NCBI GenBank assembly: GCA_964543815.1
Contig: CAZIZG010000006.1
Location: 3,656-67,655 of the forward strand
DNA length: 64,000 bases
Origin: an uncultured Bdellovibrionales bacterium
GTDB taxonomy: Bacteria; Patescibacteriota; Minisyncoccia; Moranbacterales; UBA1568
Reading direction: 5' to 3'
Below, in pieces: positions 9,890 through 19,930 of this stretch (within the stretch, counting starts at the first letter, position 1; each line of letters begins with the position of its first letter). The translations under genes and the position numbers were made by a program. The notes beneath the pieces were generated by a model that was not told where the DNA came from, did not search any database, and worked only from the letters and a program-made list of their open reading frames with translations.

Positions 9890-10739
9890 TATAGGCCTTC
9901 TCCCTCCCGAGAGCCATATCTAAAGCGTTTTTTATCCTTCGTATTGTAACATATAGCCAAAAATATGGTGTGTACCATCCCGAGGCATGCCGTCGAAAGA
10001 AAACCAGTCCGGAATAGACCAAATAGTAGAGTTTTTCCGTACTCAGATTGCTTCTCTCCCGATGATAAACCCGTGCCTTTGGCACTGCCAAAAGAGAGAA
10101 ACCGGAATTTCTTGCTCTCCGTGAGTAGTCCACATCCTCATAATATAGAAAATATCGCTCATCCAGGATGCCAATAGCCTCAGTAACCTCTTTCTTAATT
10201 AAAAGGGCGCATCCGGTCAAAAACTCGCTTTCATGGTATGATAGTTTTTTTTCAACCAAAGAGGGCTCTCCGTGCTCAACCCGCATGCGAAGCCTGTTTA
10301 TTTTCCCTTTTCCGAACCAGAGTGATTTTTCTGGATAGGACAGTATATATGGGCTGAGAAGTCCAGCATCAGGTCGTTCCTGCGCTGTCCACATCAATCT
10401 TGTAAGGGCTGATTCTTCCGCTACCGCATCATTATTGAGAATCCACACCCATTCCGCCCCACGAGCAAGCGTCTGGCGGATACCCACATTCATTCCGCCT
10501 GCAAAACCAAGATTTTCCTTGTTCTGCAGAAACTCAAACTGAGGGAATCTTTTACGGGCCTTTTCGAATGAATTATCCGTGGAAGCATTATCAACTACCA
10601 GAATCACTGTCCTCGAGTAATCCAATTTGGTCAACGAGAAAAGACAGGCCTCTAGACAGTCTTCGCCATTAAAATTCAGAACTACTATTCCCACCAAGGG
10701 CTGTTTCAAGAGCATAGATTCAAGGAACGAGCGTTTCAA
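9813..10739 (-). CDS. Family 2 glycosyltransferase
   Basis: VGIVVLNFNGEDCL...VVDNASTDNS; YYEDVDY DxD region. Confidence 0.8.
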   Translation of the reverse strand: MKRSFLESMLLKQPLVGIVVLNFNGEDCLEACLFSLTKLDYSRTVILVVDNASTDNSFEKARKRFPQFEFLQNKENLGFAGGMNVGIRQTLARGAEWVWILNNDAVAEESALTRLMWTAQERPDAGLLSPYILSYPEKSLWFGKGKINRLRMRVEHGEPSLVEKKLSYHESEFLTGCALLIKKEVTEAIGILDERYFLYYEDVDYSRRARNSGFSLLAVPKARVYHRERSNLSTEKLYYLVYSGLVFFRRHASGWYTPYFWLYVTIRRIKNALDMALGREKAYIVRRAYDDYFHVHSPSYFSRFRQLP

Positions 10740-12186
10740 TTCGCTCTACCTCTGAGAGGGGCATGGATTCATCTTTCTGAAAAAGACTAGCGATTTCATC
10801 AGGACTAATGGCGCGTGTTAGCCAAAGCATCGACAAATAAACGGCAGTACCCACTAAACCAGAAAGCAAGAACGAGTATGGCTCAAGAACGAACAAGGCT
10901 AGCGCCATAGCTGAACCAGAGAAGAGAATTCTACCAAAACGCTCGAAAGAGGGGGTAAATCCCATGACACGATAAGTAAGCATGCTCGTCAAAATTACCA
11001 CCAGAGATTCGGTAGCCAACGAGGTGAAGGCTGATCCTATGTAGGAATAACGTGGGATGAGAAATATATTCAACCCAATATTAAAAAGAGCCGCAAAAAT
11101 CAGGGTCTGCATCAGCTTTTTCTGTGCGTTACCAACCACTAATAACATATTGAAGTAGCTGCCAAAAAAAATAAACCCGAGAGCAAAGATAAGTATGCGC
11201 AGCACCGGCACCGACTCTGAAAATTTAGTTCCTGAAACAATAGCAATTATATCCGGGGCCAAAAACCAAGTCCCTATGATAATTGGAGTAACAATGATAC
11301 AGAATACTTTAAACGTTTTATTGGCAATTTCCTCAAAGCGGGTACGTTGGGTAAAAATAAAGCGTGAAAGTAGGGGGAGTATGAGTCCCGAAAGCATGGC
11401 TGGAAAAAAAATAAGATTTTCCATAATTTTATAGGCCACGTTATAAATTCCCACATGGGCATTTGACTGCAAAACAGACAATAAAATCGTATCCATTTTA
11501 AAATAGGCGAAAGTGATAATAGCCGTTACCCCCATAGGTAAAGACTCTTTTAAGAAATTTTTCCAAAAATGAAAGTCAAACTGGAGACGGAAGGTAGCAT
11601 AACGCCGACTCAATATAAATGCCGTAAGAGCATTAAAAGAAAGAGAGGCAATGAGCGTACAGGCAATCGCTAAAAAACCAAAGTCCCAGTGGACAATGCC
11701 AATAATTAGTCCAACTTGGAGGATTTTTCCAAAAAACTCTATCATAGCCACGCGGTCCATGGCCAGATTCTTTTGAAAAATACCATTCAAAACAAATGAA
11801 AGGGTGGAAAAAACAGTAGCTAGAGCCGCAATTCCTATACCAATCTTCACATCAGTAGAATAATCAAAAAAGAAAAGGGCTATTGGAGACAGCAAGAGCA
11901 GCCCTATCGAGGATACCAATCGTAGAGCAATAATATTTCCAAGTATTTGGCTTTCTTTAGCATTTTCTCGCGATATTTCACGGGCCGTTACAGACCCAAG
12001 TCCAAGATCGGCTACCGCTGTAAAAAAAGCAAAGAAAGCAAGAATGGTGGCATACTTGCCAAATCCTTCCTGACCCAAATAGTCAGTAATAAGACGGATT
12101 GAAAACAAAGAAAGTGCTACGGTTGAAAGCACCTTCAGTGAAGAGTTCAGTATGACGTTATAGGCAATTTTTCTGACCAGTACCAT
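10720..12186 (-). CDS. Polysaccharide biosynthesis protein / Wzx-type flippase (MOP superfamily)
   Basis: 488 aa, ~12-14 TM helices, typical Wzx/PST-family composition. Sits in the glycan cluster. Confidence 0.7.
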   Translation of the reverse strand: MVLVRKIAYNVILNSSLKVLSTVALSLFSIRLITDYLGQEGFGKYATILAFFAFFTAVADLGLGSVTAREISRENAKESQILGNIIALRLVSSIGLLLLSPIALFFFDYSTDVKIGIGIAALATVFSTLSFVLNGIFQKNLAMDRVAMIEFFGKILQVGLIIGIVHWDFGFLAIACTLIASLSFNALTAFILSRRYATFRLQFDFHFWKNFLKESLPMGVTAIITFAYFKMDTILLSVLQSNAHVGIYNVAYKIMENLIFFPAMLSGLILPLLSRFIFTQRTRFEEIANKTFKVFCIIVTPIIIGTWFLAPDIIAIVSGTKFSESVPVLRILIFALGFIFFGSYFNMLLVVGNAQKKLMQTLIFAALFNIGLNIFLIPRYSYIGSAFTSLATESLVVILTSMLTYRVMGFTPSFERFGRILFSGSAMALALFVLEPYSFLLSGLVGTAVYLSMLWLTRAISPDEIASLFQKDESMPLSEVERIETLVP

Positions 12187-12232
12187 AGACTAAAACTGAT
12201 CCTAGCGCCTTAAATATAAGCTCTCTTTCGCC

Positions 12233-12706
12233 CTAAGCTACTGGCCGTGGGCGTATCAGTACCTTACGGTCGTCACCTTTTCCAGTGCTTTCTGTCACCA
12301 CACTCTCGTTTGTAGAAAGAAATGAATGAACAATTTTTCGTTCATAGGGAAGCATGGGCCGAAGAGCAACAGAAATGTTATTTTGTAGAGCTTCCTCAAG
12401 CGCCTGAGCAGCCTCCTTCTCAACGAGCTGCTTCTTCTCCGAGAAGTAATTGTTGATATCTATTACTATATCAAATTTTTCACCGAGCTTCTTTCGTGCC
12501 AGAATCCGTACCAGATGCTGAAGAGCAGCCAAATTCATTCCATATTGGCCAATAAGAAAGTTTTGCCCCTCCCCAACTGAAACAGAGCAAAAAAAGCTCT
12601 TCAGGGGCATTTCTTTTACTTCTACATTTATATCAGCAGAAAAACCCATTTTTTCTATTAATTCAGCCACAATTTCATAAATAGTCTCCTGATCACTCTT
12701 AATCAT
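12233..12706 (-). CDS. jag: Jag-like KH/R3H RNA-binding protein
   Basis: 157 aa. Conserved position downstream of yidC; R3H-like C-terminal region. Confidence 0.7.
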   Translation of the reverse strand: MIKSDQETIYEIVAELIEKMGFSADINVEVKEMPLKSFFCSVSVGEGQNFLIGQYGMNLAALQHLVRILARKKLGEKFDIVIDINNYFSEKKQLVEKEAAQALEEALQNNISVALRPMLPYERKIVHSFLSTNESVVTESTGKGDDRKVLIRPRPVA

Positions 12707-12716
12707 AGTCTTTCAT

Positions 12717-13454
12717 TTAGTCTTTTTTAGTCCGGAAAATAACGCGCTGCTGGAAAATCATAAACAGGGTCGAGAAAAACCAGTACAAGGAGAGGGCCGC
12801 CGGGAAGCTAATGCCGATAAAAAGGGTAATGGCGGGCCCAAGATAAAGCATCTGTTTATTCATGATTGAAGCAAAGTCAGGTTCATCTGATGAATTTTCC
12901 TTTGTTTCAGGTGTTTTAACCTGTCCATCAAAGAGCATCTTGGTTTGATAATATTGTGCAAGCGCTGACAAAATAGCAAAAACGTAATTTGGCTTGGTTA
13001 AATCAATAAAATTAAGGAAAAGGTGCCTCACTGATCCAGGATTATCCACAAAAGAATAGAGATCAGCCGAATTAATGGTTAGGCCAGCCTGTGAAATATT
13101 AATAATAACTCGATAAATAGCAATAAGCACAATCAACTGAACAATTAATGGCAAGCAGCCACTGAAAGGATTTGCTTTATTTTCCTTATACAAAGCCATT
13201 ATTTCCTTTGTCTGCTGCTCCTTATTTTCTTTATGTTTCCTCTGTATTTCTTTAATCTTTGGTTGTAAATCCTGCATTTTTTTCTGGGATTCAATCTGTT
13301 TCTTCGAAAGGGGGATGAAGAGGGTTTTTATAAAAAGGGTAGTCAAAATTATAGCTACTCCAAAGTCATACCCTGGTACCGTGTTATAAAAAAATACTAG
13401 AACGTTATAAATTGGCTGATAGATGGCAGCATGAAAAAAATCGCCCATAACCAC
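12717..13454 (-). CDS. yidC: Membrane protein insertase YidC (short form)
   Basis: 245 aa, polytopic, in the conserved rpmH-rnpA-yidC-jag arrangement. Confidence 0.8.
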   Translation of the reverse strand: MVMGDFFHAAIYQPIYNVLVFFYNTVPGYDFGVAIILTTLFIKTLFIPLSKKQIESQKKMQDLQPKIKEIQRKHKENKEQQTKEIMALYKENKANPFSGCLPLIVQLIVLIAIYRVIINISQAGLTINSADLYSFVDNPGSVRHLFLNFIDLTKPNYVFAILSALAQYYQTKMLFDGQVKTPETKENSSDEPDFASIMNKQMLYLGPAITLFIGISFPAALSLYWFFSTLFMIFQQRVIFRTKKD

Positions 13455-13471
13455 TAAAAAATAAGAAAGAA

Positions 13472-13819
13472 TTAGTTCCTACCTATATATTCTACAATGT
13501 TTTCTACTACAGACGCAAAGAACTGCCGATTCCCCGGAAAAAGTGGCTTTACCGTGAAAAATACTACGTCGTAAGGTTTTTTTAAGATTGCCTGATCCAA
13601 AGAAATTAGACGCCCCATAAGCAGACGACGAACAGCGTTGCGACCAACAGCAGTTCTAAGATGCTTTTTTCCAAAAGAAAAGCCTATTCGAAGGTGACTA
13701 AGGTTATTTTTCACTAAACGGCAGCCAATTGGACCAAAAAAAAGGGGCCTTCCTTGACGAAATACCCTTTCAAAATCAGCTTTTTTCCTTAAACGAAAGC
13801 TCTTCTTAAACATATTCAA
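13472..13819 (-). CDS. rnpA: Ribonuclease P protein component
   Basis: 115 aa basic protein, RLRKKADFERVFRQGR motif, directly downstream of rpmH. Confidence 0.85.
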   Translation of the reverse strand: MNMFKKSFRLRKKADFERVFRQGRPLFFGPIGCRLVKNNLSHLRIGFSFGKKHLRTAVGRNAVRRLLMGRLISLDQAILKKPYDVVFFTVKPLFPGNRQFFASVVENIVEYIGRN

Positions 13820-13846
13820 GGAAATATCCAGGTTAAAATCTGGAAT

Positions 13847-13987
13847 CTAGGCTGTAGTAAGCCTTTTTCTTCCCTGGCGACGTCGGCGAGTAATCACTGC
13901 CTGCCCACCTTTGGTATTCATGCGCTTTAAAAAGCCATGTCGGCGCGATCTTTTTCGGCTCTTTGGTTGGTATGTTTTCTTTGACAT
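13847..13987 (-). CDS. rpmH: 50S ribosomal protein L34 (absent from ORF track, below the 60-aa cutoff)
   Basis: Manual translation of the minus strand gives [46 protein letters not shown], the canonical L34 sequence. Confidence 0.85.
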   Translation of the reverse strand: MSKKTYQPKSRKRSRRHGFLKRMNTKGGQAVITRRRRQGRKRLTTA

Positions 13988-14161
13988 ACGCAATGGATAA
14001 AATTAGTCTTACGAAATGTTTGTCCAGTTTACCAGAAATTGGGAATTAGTCAACAGGGATGCCGCTCTATATGCAAAACACACAAAAAGTCCCTTATCCA
14101 CCGAATATCCACCATTTTATGCTAATTTAGACGTCGCCCCAACAAAAGACCCGTGCTATAA
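13988..14161. promoter_or_regulatory. rpmH/dnaA divergent intergenic region with DnaA-box-like 9-mers and the dnaA promoter
   Basis: TTATCCACC (~14092), ATATCCACC (~14106), TTATCCATT (revcomp at ~13994), TGTTGATAA (= TTATCAACA revcomp, ~14172). -10 TATAAT at ~14156. Confidence 0.6.
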
Positions 14162-15598
14162 TTGCCTTCACTGTTGATAACTTTCCCTACTATGACAAAT
14201 GAGGAGCTTTGGAAAGCTGTTTTGGGACAAATTGAGCTTTCGATTTCTAAAGCGAATTTTGTAACCTGGTTTAAGAATACTAGTATTATTCAAAATGAGA
14301 ATAGTATTGTCACTATTAGTGTACCTAATGGATTTGCGAAGGAATGGCTTGAAAATAAGTATAATCACTATATCCTAAAAGCATTAAGGGGCTTTAATCC
14401 TGACGTACGCGAAATTCGCTGTACGCTTTCTCCTACAAAAATCACCGGAGTCCCCGATCCAATTAGAAATATTGATGCCATCAAAGGACCGGATACTCAA
14501 GCCGGATTTGTTCGAAAAAAGATTATCGAAAAACCCTCTTTTAGCACTACACCTCATGCTGCTCCCGTCTTTCACGAAACAAATCTCAACAGTCGCTATA
14601 CTTTCGAAAATTTCATTGTTGCCGAAAACAACGAATTAGCTCGAGCTGCCTGTTATGCCGTCTCACAAAACCTTGGGATGGCTTATAATCCACTTTTTAT
14701 CTATGGTGGAGTAGGCCTCGGTAAAACACACCTCCTCCAATCCATCGGTAATGAAGTTATACAAAATAATCCAGAAAAACGAATTAAGTACATTACTTCT
14801 GAGCGTTTTACTACTGAATTAGTGGACGCTATAAAAAATCAAAAAATAGACAAATTTAAAGAGTATTATCAGCAGATGGACCTTCTTATTATTGATGATG
14901 TTCAGTTTCTTTCAGGTAGAGAGAAAACTCAAAATGAATTTTTTCATATTTTTAATGCCCTTTATCAAATCAATAAGCAAATTGTCATATCAAGTGACCG
15001 TCCACCAAAGGCTATTCCAACCCTTGAAGATCGCCTCCGTTCGCGGTTCGAGGGAGGTATGATTACCGATATTAGTCGCCCGACCCTTGAAACACGTATA
15101 GCCATTCTTGAGTCAAAGCTTCAGGAAAAAAATTTTTCCCTTGATCAAGCCTCAATTCGTTTTATTGCTGAAAATGCCTCACAAAATATCCGTGAACTCG
15201 AAGGAGCGCTTAATAGAGTGATTGCTTATTCTGAATTTCACAAAATTTCACCATCTCTTGAGAATACTCAAAAAATCCTATTTGAACTCATTGAAAACAA
15301 CAAAAAAACACTCCAAGCAGATGATGTTTTTCGTATCGTAACAGAATTTTATAACGTTCTTCGGGAAGATCTTATCAAAAAGGGCCGCAAGAAAGAGGTT
15401 TCTCATCCTCGCCAAGTTATGATGTATCTCCTTCGTCAAGAACTTTCCCTCCCTTTCTCAACCATTGGAGAACTCCTTGGCGGTAGAGACCATACCACTG
15501 TCCTTCATGCGTTTGAAAAAATAAATTCTAAAAAAGAAACCACCATTCGGCTAAAAGAAGAAATTGAAACCCTCAAAGAGCGTCTTTATTACTCATAA
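14162..15598 (+). CDS. dnaA: Chromosomal replication initiator DnaA
   Basis: 478 aa. AAA+ Walker A GGVGLGKTHLL, box VII, C-terminal HTH domain (DHTTVLHA). Confidence 0.95.
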   Translation: MPSLLITFPTMTNEELWKAVLGQIELSISKANFVTWFKNTSIIQNENSIVTISVPNGFAKEWLENKYNHYILKALRGFNPDVREIRCTLSPTKITGVPDPIRNIDAIKGPDTQAGFVRKKIIEKPSFSTTPHAAPVFHETNLNSRYTFENFIVAENNELARAACYAVSQNLGMAYNPLFIYGGVGLGKTHLLQSIGNEVIQNNPEKRIKYITSERFTTELVDAIKNQKIDKFKEYYQQMDLLIIDDVQFLSGREKTQNEFFHIFNALYQINKQIVISSDRPPKAIPTLEDRLRSRFEGGMITDISRPTLETRIAILESKLQEKNFSLDQASIRFIAENASQNIRELEGALNRVIAYSEFHKISPSLENTQKILFELIENNKKTLQADDVFRIVTEFYNVLREDLIKKGRKKEVSHPRQVMMYLLRQELSLPFSTIGELLGGRDHTTVLHAFEKINSKKETTIRLKEEIETLKERLYYS

Positions 15599-15842
15599 AT
15601 AAGTGGACAACAGTGTATAACAGAGAAAAATTAATGTATAAAAGCTGTATAAAACTTTCCTTACCGTGCATAAAATAGACCTTTTTACAGAAAGTCGCAG
15701 CAAAAAAATCCTCTCCAGGAATTATCTCTAAATTATTTACTGGTCTCTCTGAAGAAATTATCTTATATTCAAGCCATAATATTCACTTATCCAGATGTCC
15801 ACATCCCTAATGATAATAAAGATTTAAATATATTTTATTTTT
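15599..15842. promoter_or_regulatory. Candidate oriC: DnaA boxes plus AT-rich unwinding element between dnaA and dnaN
   Basis: TTATCCAGA and TGTCCACAT at ~15786-15806; TTGTCCACTT (revcomp at ~15603). Very AT-rich stretch 15805-15842. Confidence 0.55.
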
Positions 15843-16991
15843 ATGAAGATTACTTGCACTCAGGAAAATCTCTCAAGAGCCTTAAGTTCCCTTGAAAGGG
15901 TTGTTGGAAAACAAGCAACTCTTCCTATACTAAGTAATTTTCTTTTGGAGACAGAAAAGGGGAGATTAAAAATATCAGCAACAAACTTAGAAATTGGGGT
16001 AATTGTTTCTATTGGGGCAAAGATTGAAAAAGATGGAAAAATAGCAGTTCCAGCAAAAATCCTCAGTAATTTTATTTATAATCTTCCTACAGGTGACATT
16101 ATTGAGTTGGAGGTGATTGATCAACACTTAAGGGTTATTAGTACTAGTTATCAGATTCGAATAAAAGCCCTTGATGGAAAGGATTTTCCTATTATTCCTC
16201 AATTCAAAAAGGAATATCAGTATCTTTTACCAGCGCAACAGGTAAAAGAAGCTCTCTCTCGCCTCTTATTTTGTGTAAGTTTAAATGAAGCTCGATTGGA
16301 ATTAACAGGGGCTTGTGTCTCAATTTCTGCTAATCTCATGAAAATTGCTACTACAGACAGTTTTCGGCTAGCAGAAGAGGTATTAGTGCTTGGGAATCAA
16401 GAAATGGTTCCTGGTCAAAATATTGATGAAATTCAATCGATTATTATACCGAATGGTGTATTACAAGAATTGGTGCGAATTATTCGACCTGAGAGCATTG
16501 AACTGAAAATGGCCCTTGATGAGAACCAGCTTTTTTTTGAGGTTGATGGTGTAGAGGTAATTTCTCGTGTTATTAATGGAAAATACCCTGATTATCAACA
16601 GATTGTTCCAAAGGAATTCTCTTTAGAAGTTATTTTTGAAAAAAGCTTGTTTTTGAGAGCACTTAAAATAGCAGGATCGCTTTCATCATATACTTCTGGA
16701 GAAATAGCGCTGGTGTTTAACACACAAGAAAAGAGTTGTACTTTTCTTTCAAAATCTCAAGAAATTGGTGAGAATAAAACGGTCCTCCCTGTAAAATATG
16801 TACAGGGTGAACAAGTGCTAACGATTCTTTTTAATCCCCGATATATTTTAGAGGGGATTAATGCTCTTCAAGGGGAGAAAATACTCTTTTGTGCAAACTC
16901 TGGAGCAACTCCGGCTGCTCTGCGGATGGTTGATGATGAGGAAAAGAGTATTGATACATACCTCTATTTGATGATGCCTATCCGGAAGTAG
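15843..16991 (+). CDS. dnaN: DNA polymerase III beta sliding clamp
   Basis: 382 aa, three-domain clamp pattern, position after dnaA. Confidence 0.9.
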   Translation: MKITCTQENLSRALSSLERVVGKQATLPILSNFLLETEKGRLKISATNLEIGVIVSIGAKIEKDGKIAVPAKILSNFIYNLPTGDIIELEVIDQHLRVISTSYQIRIKALDGKDFPIIPQFKKEYQYLLPAQQVKEALSRLLFCVSLNEARLELTGACVSISANLMKIATTDSFRLAEEVLVLGNQEMVPGQNIDEIQSIIIPNGVLQELVRIIRPESIELKMALDENQLFFEVDGVEVISRVINGKYPDYQQIVPKEFSLEVIFEKSLFLRALKIAGSLSSYTSGEIALVFNTQEKSCTFLSKSQEIGENKTVLPVKYVQGEQVLTILFNPRYILEGINALQGEKILFCANSGATPAALRMVDDEEKSIDTYLYLMMPIRK

Positions 16992-16992
16992 T

Positions 16993-17295
16993 ATGAAAAA
17001 TCTTAAGGATTTACTTCCTAAAAAACATCTTCATACTCCTCGTCATGGGAGGGAGGGTGGATTTGATGACCAGACTATATTTCATATAGCAAAAAAAGTA
17101 TTGCGGGAAGAATATGGTTTGCGCGGTGTTGAAAATATTATTCCGGTACGATATTTTGAAAAAAAGCTTTATTTATCCTCAAGAAGTTCGCTGTGGGGAA
17201 ATGAAATATGGCTTGAACGGAATCGTTTACAAGAGCAAATGAATGCCTTTCTTGGTCAGCAGGTAATTATTGAGATTAAAATAGAACAGGGTTGA
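16993..17295 (+). CDS. DciA-like (DUF721) protein
   Basis: 100 aa immediately after dnaN. LYLSSRSSLWGNEIWLERNRL resembles the DUF721 core. Confidence 0.5.
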   Translation: MKNLKDLLPKKHLHTPRHGREGGFDDQTIFHIAKKVLREEYGLRGVENIIPVRYFEKKLYLSSRSSLWGNEIWLERNRLQEQMNAFLGQQVIIEIKIEQG

Positions 17296-17305
17296 TAGTA
17301 CTCGT

Positions 17306-19840
17306 TTAGTAGTTGACTGAAACATCCTTGCTATCAGTGGCCTTATTGCCATTACCATCCCGAATTTCAGCCTCTATTTTGAGGGTAGTGTGATTTTTAC
17401 TCTCAGGAATAGAATAGTTTATTGAATAGGGTTTGTCTCCGGTCGATCCAACTTCATTTCCATCAACTGAGTAGGTAACTTTATCAACCCCATAAGGGGC
17501 ATCGGTGCTAACACTAAGAGTAAGCGTTGAGGAATCAGTGCTTCCTGGGACGGAGAGACTTATTTTTGGCTTGTAGTCACTAAAATCACTTTCTTTACAG
17601 TCGTCTTCTGGGGCCTTAGCTACGACAATACCTTTTTGTTTCTCATACCAGTTTTCAACTCCTTTCTCCCAATTTTTATATTGAGCATCGCGATCTGGCT
17701 TATCAGGGATAGGGCCACGGGGATTTTCCCGGTTTACGTAATGAAGAATATCGTGATCGCTCACAAAATCTTTTTTATCAGTATCTTTATCGCGACAGTA
17801 TTTATTGGCGAGGCAGTACTCATTTTTTTTGCCAGGAATTTTACATACTTTTAAATCTTCTTCCATCTCAAGCTTTCCAGAGAGCATAGGTTTGGTAGTT
17901 TTTCCTTCTCCGTCGCCTATTTCATCATCTGGATTGTATTTTGGAAATTCCTCAATAGGGTAATTCACGAGTGCTTTATCAAGAAAGGCTCGGAAAATAG
18001 GGGCGGCAACATTTACGCCATCGGCTCCCTCTACCATAGCACTGTTGTTATTATTTCCGGCCCAGACACCAACAGCAAGTGAGGGAGTATATCCTACGGT
18101 CCAGCCATCACGGAATTCATTGGTGGTACCGGTTTTGGCGACGACTTGACGGCTGTCAAAACGAAGGGGATTGTTTTCACCAAACACCCAGGATCGGTTC
18201 TCATTATTTGAGAGAATAGCATCAAGCATAGCGACATATTTTTCTTCTACTACGCGTTCTCCTGATGAACTTTTGAATTCTTCAAGAACCTCTCCCTTGG
18301 CGCTCTCGATACGAAGAATAGCGGTTTTCTCATGTTTTATGCCGCCGGTAGCAAGTGTTCCGTAGGCTGAAACATGGTCAAGAAGTTTTACTTCGCCACC
18401 TCCTAAAACAAGAGAAAGGCCAACTCGGGAAGGATCATTAAGACCACTAATACCAAGGCTTTTGGCGAGTTTAACGGCATCATTCACACCAACAAGGTAG
18501 AGCGTCTTGACGGCTGGTACGTTGAGTGACCCTCCAAGGGCCTTGGCCATAGAGAGGGGGCCATGAAACTTACCATCATAGTTGTTGGGTTGGTAGCTTT
18601 TTCCTTCGGCCGTCTCAAATTGGGTTTCTACATCGTAAAGCATGGTTTCTGGGAGATACCCCTTGGTAAAAGCAGTGAGGTAGACATAGGGCTTAAAAGA
18701 AGATCCTGGCTGACGGTCACGGATAGCTACATTAACATTGCCGTCGATGGTCGTGTCAAAGTAGTCTCGAGAGCCGACCATAGAGAGGATTTGACCAGTT
18801 TTTGGGTCAATAGCTACGAGAGCGGCGTTTGAAGCCTTCCACTTCTTATTTTTCTCAGCCTGATCACGAACAGCCTGCTCCGCAATTTGTTGTTTGTCCC
18901 AATCAAGGGTTGTTATTACTTTAAGACCGCCCTGTTCTACAGCCTGATCGCCATATTTTTGTTGGAGGTAGTCTTTGATATACATGACGAAATGAGGGGC
19001 GGCAATGATGTCTTTTTGAGGGACAATTTTATCAAGAGTGAGCGTTTCTATGGCAGCAGCAGCCTGTTCCTCGGTAATATAGCCAAGTCGAGCCATAGTG
19101 CGAAGAGTAAAATTCTTTCGCCCAACAAGCGCATCGCGATGGGAGCCATAGGGGGAGTAGTAGGCAGTAGCTTGAGGGAGGGAAGCGATAAGAGCTGCTT
19201 CATCGAGGGAAAGTTCTCGAGCTGGCTTTCCAAAGAAGGTTTGCGCTGCCGCCTCAATCCCATAGGCATTGGAGCCATAGGGGATTTCGTTTAGGTACAT
19301 GGCTAAAATTTCATCTTTGGAAAATTTTGTTTCCATTTCCAGTGACAAAATTACCTCTTTGACCTTTCGGGTGAGGGTTTTTTCGTTTGAAAGAAGGGAA
19401 TTTTTAACAAACTGTTGGGTGATAGTTGATCCACCCTGCGACTTGTCCAGGGTAATAATATCCTTGAGGATGGATCGGAGGATAGAGGTGAGCTTAATTC
19501 CGTGATGAGTATAAAAATCTTGATCCTCTAGGCTGATGGTGGCATATTTAACCACATCTGGCATATCAGAAAACTCGATAACAGTACGCTTTTCTTCCCC
19601 GTGGACCTCGTAGAGGAGGTGTTCGCCTGTCCGATCAAATATTTTTGTAGATTCCACGATAACGCGGTTATTGACATCGCCTGGGTTGGGGAGATCTTTG
19701 GCGATATAGGCGAAGATGGAGCCTACCACCACAAAGCTAACAAGAGAGAGTATTAATCCGGTGCGGAAAAGAAAGCGCCAGACTTTACTTTTTGGCTTGT
19801 CTGAAACATAAAGAGAGCGGCGTTTTCTGAAGAAAGTCAT
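17306..19840 (-). CDS. Class A penicillin-binding protein (transglycosylase plus transpeptidase) with C-terminal Ig-like extension
   Basis: N-terminal TM; GT51 motifs (EDQDFYTHHG, GGSTITQQ); transpeptidase SSFKP, SLN, KTGTT. ~100-aa Thr/Ser-rich beta-rich tail. Confidence 0.85.
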   Translation of the reverse strand: MTFFRKRRSLYVSDKPKSKVWRFLFRTGLILSLVSFVVVGSIFAYIAKDLPNPGDVNNRVIVESTKIFDRTGEHLLYEVHGEEKRTVIEFSDMPDVVKYATISLEDQDFYTHHGIKLTSILRSILKDIITLDKSQGGSTITQQFVKNSLLSNEKTLTRKVKEVILSLEMETKFSKDEILAMYLNEIPYGSNAYGIEAAAQTFFGKPARELSLDEAALIASLPQATAYYSPYGSHRDALVGRKNFTLRTMARLGYITEEQAAAAIETLTLDKIVPQKDIIAAPHFVMYIKDYLQQKYGDQAVEQGGLKVITTLDWDKQQIAEQAVRDQAEKNKKWKASNAALVAIDPKTGQILSMVGSRDYFDTTIDGNVNVAIRDRQPGSSFKPYVYLTAFTKGYLPETMLYDVETQFETAEGKSYQPNNYDGKFHGPLSMAKALGGSLNVPAVKTLYLVGVNDAVKLAKSLGISGLNDPSRVGLSLVLGGGEVKLLDHVSAYGTLATGGIKHEKTAILRIESAKGEVLEEFKSSSGERVVEEKYVAMLDAILSNNENRSWVFGENNPLRFDSRQVVAKTGTTNEFRDGWTVGYTPSLAVGVWAGNNNNSAMVEGADGVNVAAPIFRAFLDKALVNYPIEEFPKYNPDDEIGDGEGKTTKPMLSGKLEMEEDLKVCKIPGKKNEYCLANKYCRDKDTDKKDFVSDHDILHYVNRENPRGPIPDKPDRDAQYKNWEKGVENWYEKQKGIVVAKAPEDDCKESDFSDYKPKISLSVPGSTDSSTLTLSVSTDAPYGVDKVTYSVDGNEVGSTGDKPYSINYSIPESKNHTTLKIEAEIRDGNGNKATDSKDVSVNY

Positions 19841-19930
19841 AGAAAAAAATCAAGGGTATCTTCATTGTATATCACAAAAAGAATAAAAAATGAAGATATT
19901 CACCATTTATATTGGCCATTACATCACGTA

